DNA of 64,000 nucleotides from an uncultured Clostridia bacterium (GTDB taxonomy: Bacteria > Bacillota > Clostridia > TANB77 > CAG-508), in NCBI GenBank assembly GCA_947627495.1, contig CANQWH010000001.1:5332-69331 (forward strand), written 5' to 3'. The translations under genes and the position numbers were made by a program. The notes beneath the pieces were generated by a model that saw only the letters and a program-made list of their open reading frames with translations, made no database searches and was not told the origin of the DNA. Below, in pieces: positions 43,332 through 53,800 of the stretch; within the stretch, counting starts at the first letter, position 1; each line of letters starts with the position of its first letter.

Positions 43332-45044
43332 ATGCAGGAACCAATATATGAATGCTTAAAAATAACAGATTTAAAGGATATGCTAAATAAAACGAAAGAA
43401 CTATATAAAAATAATATTGCATATAAAATAAAAATTGAAAAAGATAAATATTATACGATTACACATTTAGAAGCCAGAAATATGGTAGAAAGTTTAGGAA
43501 CAGCTCTAATAGAAATGGGACTAAAAGGAAAAAGAATCGCAGTAATTGGAGAAAATAGATATGAGTGGCAGATAGCATATTTATCAATAGTATGTGGAAC
43601 AGGTATAGTTGTTCCACTAGATAAATCCTTACCAGAAAATGAGTTAATGAACTTAATAGAACGTTCAGAAGTAGAAGCAATATTTTATTCATCAAAATAT
43701 GAAGAGACTCTAAAAAGATGTGTTTTAGAAGGTGTAGGAAATTTAAAGCATCTAATATCAATGGACTTAAAAGAACACAAAGAAGGTATATATTCAGAAA
43801 TAGAATTAATAGAAAAGGGAAAAAAATTATTAGCAAATGGAAATAAGAAATTTTTAGATGCAAAAATAAACCCAGAGGAAATGAGTATAATGTTATTTAC
43901 ATCTGGCACAACAGCAGCATCAAAAGTTGTAGCACTATCACATAAAAATATTTGTTCTAATTTGATGAGTATTGCTTCAATACTTGATGTTTCAGAAAAA
44001 GATGTAATGCTTTCATTTTTGCCATTGCACCATGTGTTTGAATGTACTGTGGGCTTTTTAATGGCTTTATATAAAGGAATGGAAGTAACTTTTTGTGATG
44101 GAATAAAGCATATTGTAGAAAATATGAATGAATATAAAATAACGTATATGGCGTGTGTTCCAGCAATTTATGAAAATATATATAAAAATATTTTAAAGAA
44201 ATTGCAAAAGGAAGGAAGACTAGAAGAAACTAAGCAAAAAATAATAGATACAAAAGATTATAGTATGGAAGAAAAGAAAAAAGTATTTCAAGAGATACAT
44301 AATATGCTTGGTGGAAATGTAAGGCTTTTAATTAGTGGAGCAGCAGCATTAAATGGTAAAGTAGAAGAAGGTTACAGAGATTTAGGTATAAATTTAGTAC
44401 AAGGTTATGGATTAACAGAAACCTCGCCAGTAATAGGAATGGGAAACAATAGGTATCATAAGATAGGCTCAATTGGAAAAGCAGTACCAAATGTTGAAGC
44501 AAAAGTAGAAGATGTAAATGAAGAGGGAATAGGAGAGTTAGTAGTAAAAGGTCCAAATATAATGATAGGGTATTATGGAGATAAAAAAGCAACAAATGCT
44601 GTATTAAAAGATGATTGGTTCTACACAGGAGATTTGGCAAAAATAGATGAAGAAGGTTACATATTTATCTGTGGTAGAAAGAAAAGTGTAATAGTTTTAA
44701 AAAATGGAAAAAACATTTTTCCAGAAGAATTAGAGGGAATAATAAACAGAGTTGAAGGGGTAAAAGAAAGTTTTGTATTTGAAAAAAGAAATACAGAAGA
44801 TGTAAATGATATAAAGATTTATGCAAAGATTGTGTATGATAGGAAAATAGTAGAAGAAGTTTACAAAACAAATAACGATACAGAAATATATAATTCAATA
44901 AATAACCAAGTAAAAGCAATAAACAAAAGCTTGCCACCATATAAAGTAATTCGTGGAATTATATTAACAGAAGAACCTTTAATAAAAACAACAACCTCTA
45001 AAATAAAAAGACAAGAGGAGTTAAAAACAATAACATGGAATTAG
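43332..45044 (+). CDS. Long-chain fatty acid--CoA ligase (AMP-dependent synthetase/ligase family)
   Basis: AMP-binding motif LFTSGTTAASKVV and a total length of 570 aa. Confidence 0.8.
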   Translation: MQEPIYECLKITDLKDMLNKTKELYKNNIAYKIKIEKDKYYTITHLEARNMVESLGTALIEMGLKGKRIAVIGENRYEWQIAYLSIVCGTGIVVPLDKSLPENELMNLIERSEVEAIFYSSKYEETLKRCVLEGVGNLKHLISMDLKEHKEGIYSEIELIEKGKKLLANGNKKFLDAKINPEEMSIMLFTSGTTAASKVVALSHKNICSNLMSIASILDVSEKDVMLSFLPLHHVFECTVGFLMALYKGMEVTFCDGIKHIVENMNEYKITYMACVPAIYENIYKNILKKLQKEGRLEETKQKIIDTKDYSMEEKKKVFQEIHNMLGGNVRLLISGAAALNGKVEEGYRDLGINLVQGYGLTETSPVIGMGNNRYHKIGSIGKAVPNVEAKVEDVNEEGIGELVVKGPNIMIGYYGDKKATNAVLKDDWFYTGDLAKIDEEGYIFICGRKKSVIVLKNGKNIFPEELEGIINRVEGVKESFVFEKRNTEDVNDIKIYAKIVYDRKIVEEVYKTNNDTEIYNSINNQVKAINKSLPPYKVIRGIILTEEPLIKTTTSKIKRQEELKTITWN

Positions 45045-45610
45045 AAGGTTTAAAAACTAATTTTTTAGGACGAAATTTAATTTATTATGAAAGTATTGAT
45101 TCTACACAATTAGAGGCATTTAGACAAATAGAAAACAACATACCAAATGGAACAATTATAATTGCAGATTTGCAAACGAAAGGTATTGGAACACATGGAA
45201 GAAATTGGTACACAAATGAAAGAAATAACATAGCGTTTTCGTTTGTTATCTATCCAAAATGTAAAGTGGAAATGTTAAATGGAATAACTAAAGAAATTGC
45301 ACAAGATATGATAATGGTAATAAAGAACTTATATAATATAGAGTTAGAAATAAAAGAGCCTAATGATATAGTACACAATGGTAGAAAAGTTGGAGGAATA
45401 TTAACGCAAAATAAGTTAAATGGTGAAATGGTTAAATGCATGGTAGTTGGAATAGGGTTAAACACGGTGCAGGAAGATTTTCTTAAAGAAATACAGAATA
45501 TTGCTACATCAATAAAAAAGGAATTTAATGTTGAAGTAGATAGGATGAAGATTATAACTGAGTTTTGCAATTTATTTGAGACGAGACTTGAAGATTATTA
45601 TTTAAAGTAA
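45035..45610 (+). CDS. birA: Biotin--[acetyl-CoA-carboxylase] ligase, class I (no HTH domain)
   Basis: GRNWYT, BPL catalytic-domain motifs and KVGGIL. Total length is 191 aa, and the start overlaps the upstream gene by 10 nt. Confidence 0.75.
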   Translation: MELEGLKTNFLGRNLIYYESIDSTQLEAFRQIENNIPNGTIIIADLQTKGIGTHGRNWYTNERNNIAFSFVIYPKCKVEMLNGITKEIAQDMIMVIKNLYNIELEIKEPNDIVHNGRKVGGILTQNKLNGEMVKCMVVGIGLNTVQEDFLKEIQNIATSIKKEFNVEVDRMKIITEFCNLFETRLEDYYLK

Positions 45611-45620
45611 TTACATTAGT

Positions 45621-45805
45621 TTAGATAGTTAAAATAAAAATTCTTTAGTTCGTTTGTCTAACATCCAGTTCGCAGAAATTCTATGTATCTTTTTTGGCAC
45701 CCTTTCAAAGTAAATTTGAACTATTTCCAAAAAATCTACTTAGAATTTCTTGCTCCTTCCGTTAAAACCACTTCACTTGCAGAATTTTTATTGTAACTAT
45801 CTAAA
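45621..45805. repeat. Repeat family B copy with a 24-bp TIR TTTAGATAGTTAAAATAAAAATTC / GAATTTTTATTGTAACTATCTAAA
   Basis: Over 95% identical to the copy at 551-716. Confidence 0.85.
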
Positions 45806-45865
45806 CAGAATAATAAAGTTTAATTATTAATAATTAAACTTTAGCTAAGTGGACAGTAACAATTT

Positions 45866-45898
45866 TTAATAAATATATAACTGCTGCGTTTGGCTACT
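45866..45898. repeat. Solo terminal fragment of family A (aaatatataactgctgcgtttggctact)
   Basis: Reverse complement of the left end of the copy at 62946. Confidence 0.7.
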
Positions 45899-45939
45899 GA
45901 AGTATTTAATTATGATAAGAGAAAGGAATGATTGATTTT

Positions 45940-46872
45940 ATGAAAATTGGATTTGTTTTTCCAGGTCAAGGTTCACAAACAGTAGGCATGGGAAAAGATA
46001 TATACGAAAATTATGAAGAAGCAAGAAATATGTATAAATATGTGGAAAGTATAACAAATATGGATGTTAGTAAAATAACATTTGAAGGGACAGAAGAAGA
46101 TTTAAGTAAAACAGCAAATACACAAGTGTGTATTTTAACAATGAGTTTAGCAATATTAGAGGTTTTAAAAAAACACAATATAAATGCAGAAATTTGTAGT
46201 GGTTTAAGTTTAGGTGAATATACTGCTTTAATTTATAGTAATATTTTAGGATTAGAGGAAGGAATAAAAACAGTACAAAAAAGAGGAGAACTTATGCAAA
46301 ATCTTGTTCCAAGTGGAAATTGGAGTATGGCTGCAATTATTGGTCTAGAAAATAATCAGGTAGAAGAAGTATGTAAGAAATGCAAAAAAGGTTTTGTAGT
46401 TCCTGCAAATTATAACTGTATAGGGCAAGTAGCAGTTTCAGGAGAAAAAGAAGCGGTTATGGAGGTAATGGAAGAAGCAAAAAGAATTGGAGCAAAGAAG
46501 GTAGTAGAGCTTAAAACGTCAGGACCATTTCATACAGTAAAATTAGAAAAGGCAGCAGAGGAGCTAGGCAAGGAACTTGAAAAAGTACATATACAAAAAA
46601 CAGAGAAAATAGTTATAAAGAACATAGATGGAACGCCATATAAAGATACAGATAACATAAAGGAGATTTTACAAAAGCATATAATTAGTCCAGTACAGTT
46701 TGAAAAAACAATAAGAACAATGATAGAGATGGGAGTAGATACTTTTGTAGAAATAGGTCCAGGAAAGACTTTATCAGGATTTGTAAAACGAACTAATAAA
46801 GAAGTTAAAATACTTAATATAAATGATGTAAAAAGCTTAGAAGATGCAATTTTGTTGTTAGAAAATAAATAA
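45940..46872 (+). CDS. fabD: Malonyl CoA-ACP transacylase
   Basis: FPGQGSQ and GLSLGEY motifs. Confidence 0.92.
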   Translation: MKIGFVFPGQGSQTVGMGKDIYENYEEARNMYKYVESITNMDVSKITFEGTEEDLSKTANTQVCILTMSLAILEVLKKHNINAEICSGLSLGEYTALIYSNILGLEEGIKTVQKRGELMQNLVPSGNWSMAAIIGLENNQVEEVCKKCKKGFVVPANYNCIGQVAVSGEKEAVMEVMEEAKRIGAKKVVELKTSGPFHTVKLEKAAEELGKELEKVHIQKTEKIVIKNIDGTPYKDTDNIKEILQKHIISPVQFEKTIRTMIEMGVDTFVEIGPGKTLSGFVKRTNKEVKILNINDVKSLEDAILLLENK

Positions 46873-46958
46873 AGAATAAATTTATTAAAGTTTTACTTAA
46901 TTTGCAATTAGTATAATAACAGCTTAATTATTGTTACTACTATTAACAGATTATACTA

Positions 46959-47088
46959 TAAAGTCCGCCAAACTCGAAAGGAGCTTCTATATTTTTTCTA
47001 AATTGAACCCACGCCGGCGATTGCCTTCGATGCTTTTCGGGGGTCTTCAATTTTTAAAAAATATAGAACTCCTGCGTTTGGCTACTTT
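46959..47088. repeat. Repeat family A copy (core variant 1) in the fabD-fabG spacer
   Basis: aaagtccgccaaactcgaaaggagc...gaacccacgccggcgattgccttcgatgcttttcgggggtcttc...ctcctgcgtttggctacttt. Confidence 0.9.
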
Positions 47089-47168
47089 AGATTAATTAAG
47101 TGACTGTGAGCAGTAACTTAGTAATATATCAAATTATAAAAATAAAATGTAATGAAAGGATGATTTTT

Positions 47169-47903
47169 ATGAGTAAAGTAGCATTAATAACTGGCTCAAG
47201 TAGAGGTATAGGAAAACAAATAGCAATTAAATTTGCAAAAGAAGGATATAACATTGTTTTAAACTATGTAAACAGAAGTGAAGAAGTAGATAAAACAATT
47301 GAAGAGATAAAGAGTTTAGGTGTAGAGGTATTAGAAGCACAAGGAGATGTTTCAAATTTTGAAGAAAGTGAAACAATAGTAGAATTAGCAATTGAAAAAT
47401 TTGGACAGATAGATGTACTTGTAAATAATGCAGGGATAACAAGAGATACTTTAATAATGAGAATGAAACCAGAGGATTTTTCAAAAGTTATAAATGTTAA
47501 TTTAGTTGGAACATTTAATATAACAAAAAATGTAGTGCCATATATGATGAAAAAAAGACAAGGAAGAATTATAAATATTTCATCAGTAGTTGGAATAAGT
47601 GGTAATGCAGGGCAATGTAATTATGCAGCATCAAAAGCAGGAATAATAGGATTTACGAAAAGTTTAGCAAAGGAACTTGCAAGTAGAAATATATTAGTAA
47701 ATGCAGTAGCTCCAGGATTTATAGAAACAAGCATGACAGATGTATTGCAAGAAAGTGTAAAGGAAAGTATAAAGAAACAAATACCTTTGAACAGAATAGG
47801 AATGCCAGAAGATGTGGCAAATGTGGTTTATTTCTTAGCATCAGAGGAAAGTTCTTATGTTACAGGGCAAGTTCTACAAGTTGATGGTGGCATGTTAATG
47901 TAA
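47169..47903 (+). CDS. fabG: 3-oxoacyl-ACP reductase
   Basis: TGSSRGIGK, NAGI and YxxxK (YAASKAG). Confidence 0.92.
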   Translation: MSKVALITGSSRGIGKQIAIKFAKEGYNIVLNYVNRSEEVDKTIEEIKSLGVEVLEAQGDVSNFEESETIVELAIEKFGQIDVLVNNAGITRDTLIMRMKPEDFSKVINVNLVGTFNITKNVVPYMMKKRQGRIINISSVVGISGNAGQCNYAASKAGIIGFTKSLAKELASRNILVNAVAPGFIETSMTDVLQESVKESIKKQIPLNRIGMPEDVANVVYFLASEESSYVTGQVLQVDGGMLM

Positions 47904-47904
47904 A

Positions 47905-48027
47905 GTTTGAAAAATAAACTTCGTCTTGCGTCGTTATTATTAAACAAAAAATGCTCAACGTACCTTTGTACGCCTCCGCTTTTTTGTTTAATAATGCCTA
48001 GCAATACTCGTTTCTTTTTCAAACTAG
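47905..48027 (+). promoter_or_regulatory. Nested long inverted repeat (AGTTTGAAAAA...TTTTTCAAACT outer, TTATTATTAAACAAAAAA...TTTTTTGTTTAATAAT inner) between fabG and fabF
   Basis: Read directly. It occupies the position where acpP usually sits. Confidence 0.4.
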
Positions 48028-48059
48028 AATGTATAATGAATAGGGAGGATTTTTAAGTA

Positions 48060-49298
48060 ATGGAAAGAAGAGTTGTAGTTACAGGTATTGGAGCAATAAC
48101 TCCAATAGGAAATAATGTAGAAGAGTTTTGGGAAGGAATAAAGCAATTTAAATGTGGTATAGATGAAATTACTTTATTTGATACAACAGGTTATAAAGTA
48201 AAGTTAGCAGCAGAGGTTAAAAATTATAATCCAGAAGAATATTTTGATAGAAAACAAGCAAAAAGAATGGATAGATTTACACAATTTGCAATAATTGCAG
48301 CAAAAGAAGCTTTTAAGAAAAGTGGAATTACTGCTGAAAATACAAATATGGAAAGAGTAGGTGTAATTATTGGTTCAGGAATAGGTGGATTAAGAACAAT
48401 AGAAATGGAAAATCAGAAATTACAAGAAAAAGGTCCGGATAGAGTATCTCCAATGTATATTCCAATGGCTATTACCAATATGGCTTCAGGAAATATAGCA
48501 ATAGAATTGGGAGCAAAGGGAGAATCTGAAACTATAGTAACTGCTTGTGCAAGTGCAACACACTCCATAGGTCAAAGTTATAGAATGATAAAACATGGAT
48601 ATGAAGATGTAATGATTGCAGGAGGTGCAGAAGCTTCTATTACTCCTTCAGGAATAGCTGGATTTACTAATATGAAAGCTTTAAGTACAACGCCTGATAA
48701 AACAAGAGCAAGTATCCCTTTTGATAAAGAAAGAAATGGCTTTATAATGGGAGAAGGTGCAGGAATATTAATATTAGAAGAATTAGAACATGCTAAGAAA
48801 AGAGGAGCAAAGATATATGCAGAGTTAATTGGGTATGGAGCAACATCAGATGCATACCATATTACATCTCCAGCACCAAATGGAGAAGGCGGAGCAAAAG
48901 CCATGATAAAAGCAATGGAAGATGCAAACATAAAACCAGAACAAATAGATTATATAAATGTTCATGGAACATCAACTTCGTTAAACGATTCATGTGAAAC
49001 ATCTGCAATAAAAACAGCATTAGGTGCTTCTGCAAAAACTGTAAAAATAAGTTCAAGCAAAGGAAATACAGGGCATTTATTAGGTGCAGCAGGTGGAGTT
49101 GAAGCAGTTCTATGTGTTAAAGCAATACAAGATAATTTCATACCACCAACAATAAATTATAAAGTGCCAGATGAAGAATGCGACTTAAATGTTGTTCCAA
49201 ATAAGGGCATTGAGGAACAAGTAAACATAGTAATGTCAAATTCATTAGGATTTGGAGGACACAATAGTAGTATTATTTTAAAAAGGTATGAAGGATAA
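48060..49298 (+). CDS. fabF: 3-oxoacyl-ACP synthase II
   Basis: Active-site C (TACASATHS), a HGTST motif and a GHxxGAAG motif. Confidence 0.93.
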   Translation: MERRVVVTGIGAITPIGNNVEEFWEGIKQFKCGIDEITLFDTTGYKVKLAAEVKNYNPEEYFDRKQAKRMDRFTQFAIIAAKEAFKKSGITAENTNMERVGVIIGSGIGGLRTIEMENQKLQEKGPDRVSPMYIPMAITNMASGNIAIELGAKGESETIVTACASATHSIGQSYRMIKHGYEDVMIAGGAEASITPSGIAGFTNMKALSTTPDKTRASIPFDKERNGFIMGEGAGILILEELEHAKKRGAKIYAELIGYGATSDAYHITSPAPNGEGGAKAMIKAMEDANIKPEQIDYINVHGTSTSLNDSCETSAIKTALGASAKTVKISSSKGNTGHLLGAAGGVEAVLCVKAIQDNFIPPTINYKVPDEECDLNVVPNKGIEEQVNIVMSNSLGFGGHNSSIILKRYEG

Positions 49299-49367
49299 AA
49301 AAAGTGTAAAGAAGTCTATGAAAAAATAGAATATAAAAATATTATCTAAAAAAGGAGAGTAGAAAAA

Positions 49368-49790
49368 ATGGAATATGATCAAATAAAAAAGATAATTGAA
49401 GATATGAGCAATTCAAAATTAAGTAGTATTGATATAGAATTTCCAGAAGGCTTAAAAATTAGCATGAAAAAAGATGGAATTTCTCAAAATACTTGTACTT
49501 CATTAACTCAAGAAGAAACTGGTAAATCAAAACCAGAAGTAAAGGAAGAACAAAAGGGACAGATAGTAACATCTCCAATGGTAGGAACGTTTTATTTAAA
49601 GCCAGAACCAAATGCAAATGATTATGTAGAAAAAGGCAGTGAAGTAAAGAAAGGTACTGTTCTTTGTATAATAGAAGCAATGAAATTAATGAATGAAATT
49701 GAGTCAGAATATGAAGGCAAAATAGAAGAGATATATGTTAAAAATGGAGAGGCTGTGGATTACGGTAAGCCATTATTTAAAATAATATAG
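49368..49790 (+). CDS. accB: Biotin carboxyl carrier protein
   Basis: Biotinyl-lysine motif EAMKLMNEIE. Confidence 0.9.
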   Translation: MEYDQIKKIIEDMSNSKLSSIDIEFPEGLKISMKKDGISQNTCTSLTQEETGKSKPEVKEEQKGQIVTSPMVGTFYLKPEPNANDYVEKGSEVKKGTVLCIIEAMKLMNEIESEYEGKIEEIYVKNGEAVDYGKPLFKII

Positions 49791-49884
49791 ACCATATAAC
49801 AAATCACAGTTTTACAATAAAAATTCTGCAAGCGAAGAGGTTCTAACTTTCAGTTAATGCAATTCATAGCCAATTAATTAATTA

Positions 49885-50013
49885 AAAGTAGCCAAACGCA
49901 GGAGTTCTATATTTTTTAAAAATTGAAGACCCCCGAAAAGCATCGAAGGCAATCGCCCTCGTGGGTTCAATTTACAAAAAATATAGAAGCTCCGACGAGA
50001 TTTGGCGGACTTT
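49885..50013. repeat. Repeat family A copy (inverse orientation) in the accB-fabZ spacer
   Basis: Shared termini and GC-rich core. Confidence 0.9.
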
Positions 50014-50114
50014 TTAGTATAAACTTTGAATTTGTAACGCCCTGTTTTTAGAATTTTTATTGTAAAACTGTGAGTAGTGGTATAAATAAAGTATAAAGAA
50101 AGGATTTTTATAAA

Positions 50115-50537
50115 ATGTTAAATAAAGATGAAATAAAAAAGATTATTCCACAAAGAGAACCTTTTTTAATGATAGATGAAGTGGAAGCATATGTTCCAGG
50201 AATAAGTTGCACAGCATATAAGGATGTAAATGTAGAAGAACCATATTTTAAAGGACATTTTCCAGGAAATCCAATAATGCCAGGTGTATTAATTGTAGAG
50301 AGCTTGGCACAGGCAGGTGCGGTTGCAATTTTATCTATGGAAGAGAATAAAGGGAAGAATGCAATTTTTGGTGGAATTGATAAAATGAAATTTAAAAAAA
50401 TGGTAACTCCTGGTGATAGGTTAAAATTAGAAGTTAATATAATTAAAAGAAAAGGACCAATAGGAATAGGAGAAGCTGTTGCAACAGTAGATGGAAAAGT
50501 TGCTGCTAAAGGTGAACTTACATTTGCAGTTGTATAA
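50115..50537 (+). CDS. fabZ: 3-hydroxyacyl-ACP dehydratase
   Basis: Hotdog-fold motifs HFPGNPIMPGVL. Confidence 0.9.
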   Translation: MLNKDEIKKIIPQREPFLMIDEVEAYVPGISCTAYKDVNVEEPYFKGHFPGNPIMPGVLIVESLAQAGAVAILSMEENKGKNAIFGGIDKMKFKKMVTPGDRLKLEVNIIKRKGPIGIGEAVATVDGKVAAKGELTFAVV

Positions 50538-50619
50538 TTAAAAACATATATGAGTAGAACATTAGCTAAAACTATATTCCATGTAAGCAAAGTAATATGT
50601 TTTTGAGAGGAGGAGAAAA

Positions 50620-51960
50620 ATGCTAAAAAAAGTATTAATAGCAAATAGAGGAGAAATTGCTGTTAGAATAATAAGAGCATGTAAGGAATTAAATATAAAA
50701 ACAGTTGCTGTATATTCAGATATAGATAAAGATAGTTTACATACAAAACTTGCAGATGAAGCAGTATGTATAGGAAAAGGACCTGCAAGCCAGAGTTATC
50801 TAAATGTAAAAAACATTTTAGAAGCTGCAAATATAACTGGGGCAGATAGTATACATCCAGGTTTTGGATTCTTATCTGAAAATGCTAAATTTGCAAAAAT
50901 GTGTGAAGAATGTAATATAAAATTTATTGGTCCAAATTTTTCTGTAATAGAGAAAATGGGAGATAAGGTAAATAGCAAAGAATTAATGAAAAAAGCAGAT
51001 ATTCCTGTAATTCCAGGAATGGATTTAAAAGATAAAGATATAAAGGAAATAAAAGAGATAGCAAATAAAATTGGTTATCCAGTAATTTTAAAAGCATCTA
51101 ATGGTGGTGGAGGAAAAGGCATAAGAGTTGTAAAACAAACAAAAGATTTAGTTGAAGCAATAAATATAGTAAAAAAAGAGGCAAAGCAAGCATTTAATAA
51201 TGATGATATATATATAGAAAAGTACATAGAAAATCCAAGACATATAGAAGTTCAAGTATTAGCAGATGAATTTGGAAATATTATACATTTAGGAGAAAGG
51301 GACTGCACAATTCAAAGAAAGAATCAAAAAATATTAGAAGAAAGTCCATCAATAGTTCTAGATGATGGTTTAAGAGAAAAAATATCAAAATGTGCAATAA
51401 AAGCAGTAAAGGCATCAAATTATACAAATGCAGGAACAGTAGAATTTTTAGTAGATAAAAGCAAAAACTTTTATTTTATGGAGATGAATACAAGAATACA
51501 GGTTGAACATCCAGTAACAGAAATGCTTACAGGGGTAGACATAGTAAAAGAACAAATAAGAATTGCATCAGGAGAAAAACTTTCATATAAACAAAGCAAA
51601 ATAAACTTTACAGGTCATGTTATAGAAGTAAGAGTAAATGCAGAAAATCCAAGCAAAAATTTTATGCCTTCACCAGGAACTATAACAGGGTTGAACTTGC
51701 CAGGTGGAAATGGAGTAAGAATAGATTCAGGAATATATTCAGGTTATACAATATCTCCATACTATGACTCAATGCTTGCAAAAATTATAGTACATGGAAG
51801 AGACAGAGAAGAAGCCATAGCAAAATTAAAACAAGCTTTAGAAGAATTAGTTATAGAAGGCGTAGATACAAATATTGACTTTTTGTTAAAACTTATAACA
51901 AATGATGATTTTAAACGAGGTAGTTACGATACAAGTTTCGTGGAGGAAAAACTTGTATAA
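50620..51960 (+). CDS. accC: Biotin carboxylase
   Basis: ATP-grasp motifs and a total length of 446 aa. Confidence 0.93.
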   Translation: MLKKVLIANRGEIAVRIIRACKELNIKTVAVYSDIDKDSLHTKLADEAVCIGKGPASQSYLNVKNILEAANITGADSIHPGFGFLSENAKFAKMCEECNIKFIGPNFSVIEKMGDKVNSKELMKKADIPVIPGMDLKDKDIKEIKEIANKIGYPVILKASNGGGGKGIRVVKQTKDLVEAINIVKKEAKQAFNNDDIYIEKYIENPRHIEVQVLADEFGNIIHLGERDCTIQRKNQKILEESPSIVLDDGLREKISKCAIKAVKASNYTNAGTVEFLVDKSKNFYFMEMNTRIQVEHPVTEMLTGVDIVKEQIRIASGEKLSYKQSKINFTGHVIEVRVNAENPSKNFMPSPGTITGLNLPGGNGVRIDSGIYSGYTISPYYDSMLAKIIVHGRDREEAIAKLKQALEELVIEGVDTNIDFLLKLITNDDFKRGSYDTSFVEEKLV

Positions 51961-51973
51961 TAGTTTAGAATAT

Positions 51974-52102
51974 AAAGTCCGCCAAATCTCGTCGGAGCTT
52001 CTATATTTTTTCTAAATTGAACCCACGAGGGCGATTGCCTTCGATGCTTTTCGGGGGTCTTCAATTTTTAAAAAATATAGAACTCCTGCGTTTGGCTACT
52101 TT
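51974..52102. repeat. Repeat family A copy in the accC-accD spacer
   Basis: Shared termini and core. Confidence 0.9.
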
Positions 52103-52152
52103 GGTGTAAATAATAATTATTAAAATAAAGTTTTTAAAAAGGAGGGAGAACC

Positions 52153-53016
52153 TTGATAGTTGACAAAATACGAAAAAGCACTAGTACCGAAACATTAGTA
52201 GAACATAAAGTAGACATACCAGTAGGAAAATGGATAAAATGCGATAAATGCAAGGAAATAATATATAAAGAGACTGTAAATGAAAACTACAACATATGTC
52301 CGAATTGTGGAAACTATTTTAGGCTTTCAAGCAGAAGAAGACTTGAACACATAATAGATAAAGGTACATATAACGAATTTGAATTAAATATGCAGAATAT
52401 AAATCCATTAAACCTTAGTGAATATCCAAAAAAATTAGAGGCATTGCAAAGAAAAACAGGTTTAACAGAAGCAGTAAGATGTGGAACTGGATGTATAGAC
52501 GGTGAAAATGTAGTAATATGTATAATGGATAATAATTTCCTTATGGGAAGTATGGGAAGTGTAGTTGGTGAAAAGATAACATATTCTATAGAAAAAGCAA
52601 TAGAACTTAAATTACCATTAATAATATTTTGCGTATCAGGTGGAGCAAGAATGCAAGAAGGGATAATTTCTCTTATGCAAATGGCAAAAACTTCTGCAGC
52701 ACTTACAAAACTAAATGAAGCAGGAAATCTTTATATATCTATATTAACAGATCCTACATATGGAGGTGTAACAGCAAGTTTTGCTAGTTTAGCAGACATA
52801 GTTTTAGCAGAACCAGGAGCTATGATAGGCTTTGCAGGACCAAGGGTTATAGAACAAACAATAAGGCAAGAGTTACCACAAGGATTTCAAACATCAGAAT
52901 TTTTACTAGAACATGGATTCATAGATAAAATTGTAGAAAGAAAAGAATTAAAGAAAACCTTAAGTAAAATTATAAAACTACATAAAGGAGGCGACTTTAA
53001 GTGGCAAAACAAATAA
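52153..53016 (+). CDS. accD: Acetyl-CoA carboxylase carboxyltransferase beta subunit (TTG start)
   Basis: Zn ribbon CxxC...CxxC (CDKCKE...CPNCG) and a CT domain. Confidence 0.88.
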   Translation: MIVDKIRKSTSTETLVEHKVDIPVGKWIKCDKCKEIIYKETVNENYNICPNCGNYFRLSSRRRLEHIIDKGTYNEFELNMQNINPLNLSEYPKKLEALQRKTGLTEAVRCGTGCIDGENVVICIMDNNFLMGSMGSVVGEKITYSIEKAIELKLPLIIFCVSGGARMQEGIISLMQMAKTSAALTKLNEAGNLYISILTDPTYGGVTASFASLADIVLAEPGAMIGFAGPRVIEQTIRQELPQGFQTSEFLLEHGFIDKIVERKELKKTLSKIIKLHKGGDFKWQNK

Positions 53017-53778
53017 CTGCGTGGGATAGAGTAACAATTGCAAGAAAACCAGATAGGTTAACATCATTAGATTATATAGAAAATATATTTGATGATTTTT
53101 TTGAATTACATGGAGATAGAAATTTTAAAGATGATAAAGCAATAGTATGTGGCTTAGGAACAATAGAAGATAAAACATATACCATAATAGCAGAGCAAAA
53201 AGGAAGAACAACAAAAGAAAATATAGAAAGAAACTTTGGAATGCCTAATCCAGAAAGTTATAGAAAAGCAATTAGATTTATGAAACAGGCAGAAAAGTTT
53301 AGAAGGCCAGTTATAACTTTTATAGATACAAAAGGAGCATATCCTGGTTTAGAGGCAGAAGAGAGAGGACAACGGTGAAGCAATTGCAAGATGTATATAT
53401 GAAATGGCAAATTTAACAGTTCCTACAATAGTTGTAGTAATAGGAGAAGGTTCAAGTGGAGGGGCATTAGCAATAGGCGTTGGAAATTATGTTATGATGC
53501 TTGAAAATGCTATATATTCAATACTTTCACCAGAAGGCTATGCAAGTATAGTATGGAAAGATTCTAGCAAAGTAAAAGAAGCGGCTGAACAAATGAAATT
53601 AACAGCTAAAGATTTATATGAATTAAAAGTAATAGATAAAATAATAAAAGAAGATGATAATATATTTAATAATATAAAAAAAGAAATAATAAAACAAATA
53701 GATAAATCAAAAGAAAAAACAGGTGAAGAAATAAGAGAAGAACGATATCAAAAATTTAGAAATATTGGAAAACAATAA
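53001..53778 (+). pseudogene. accA: Acetyl-CoA carboxylase carboxyltransferase alpha subunit with a GTG start, interrupted by a +1 frameshift at about 53375 (extra C in caaCggtgaa).
   Basis: ...[10 protein letters not shown] is followed by a stop. Deleting the C gives [35 protein letters not shown], which joins ORF 53404-53778. Confidence 0.8.
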
Positions 53779-53800
53779 AAGGAAGAAAAGGGGAATGAAA

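Noticed and set aside
47904-48059. acpP expected between fabG and fabF
   Set aside because: The spacer is only 156 bp and has no ORF with a DSL(D/E) phosphopantetheine-attachment motif in any frame. It is occupied by a nested hairpin instead.
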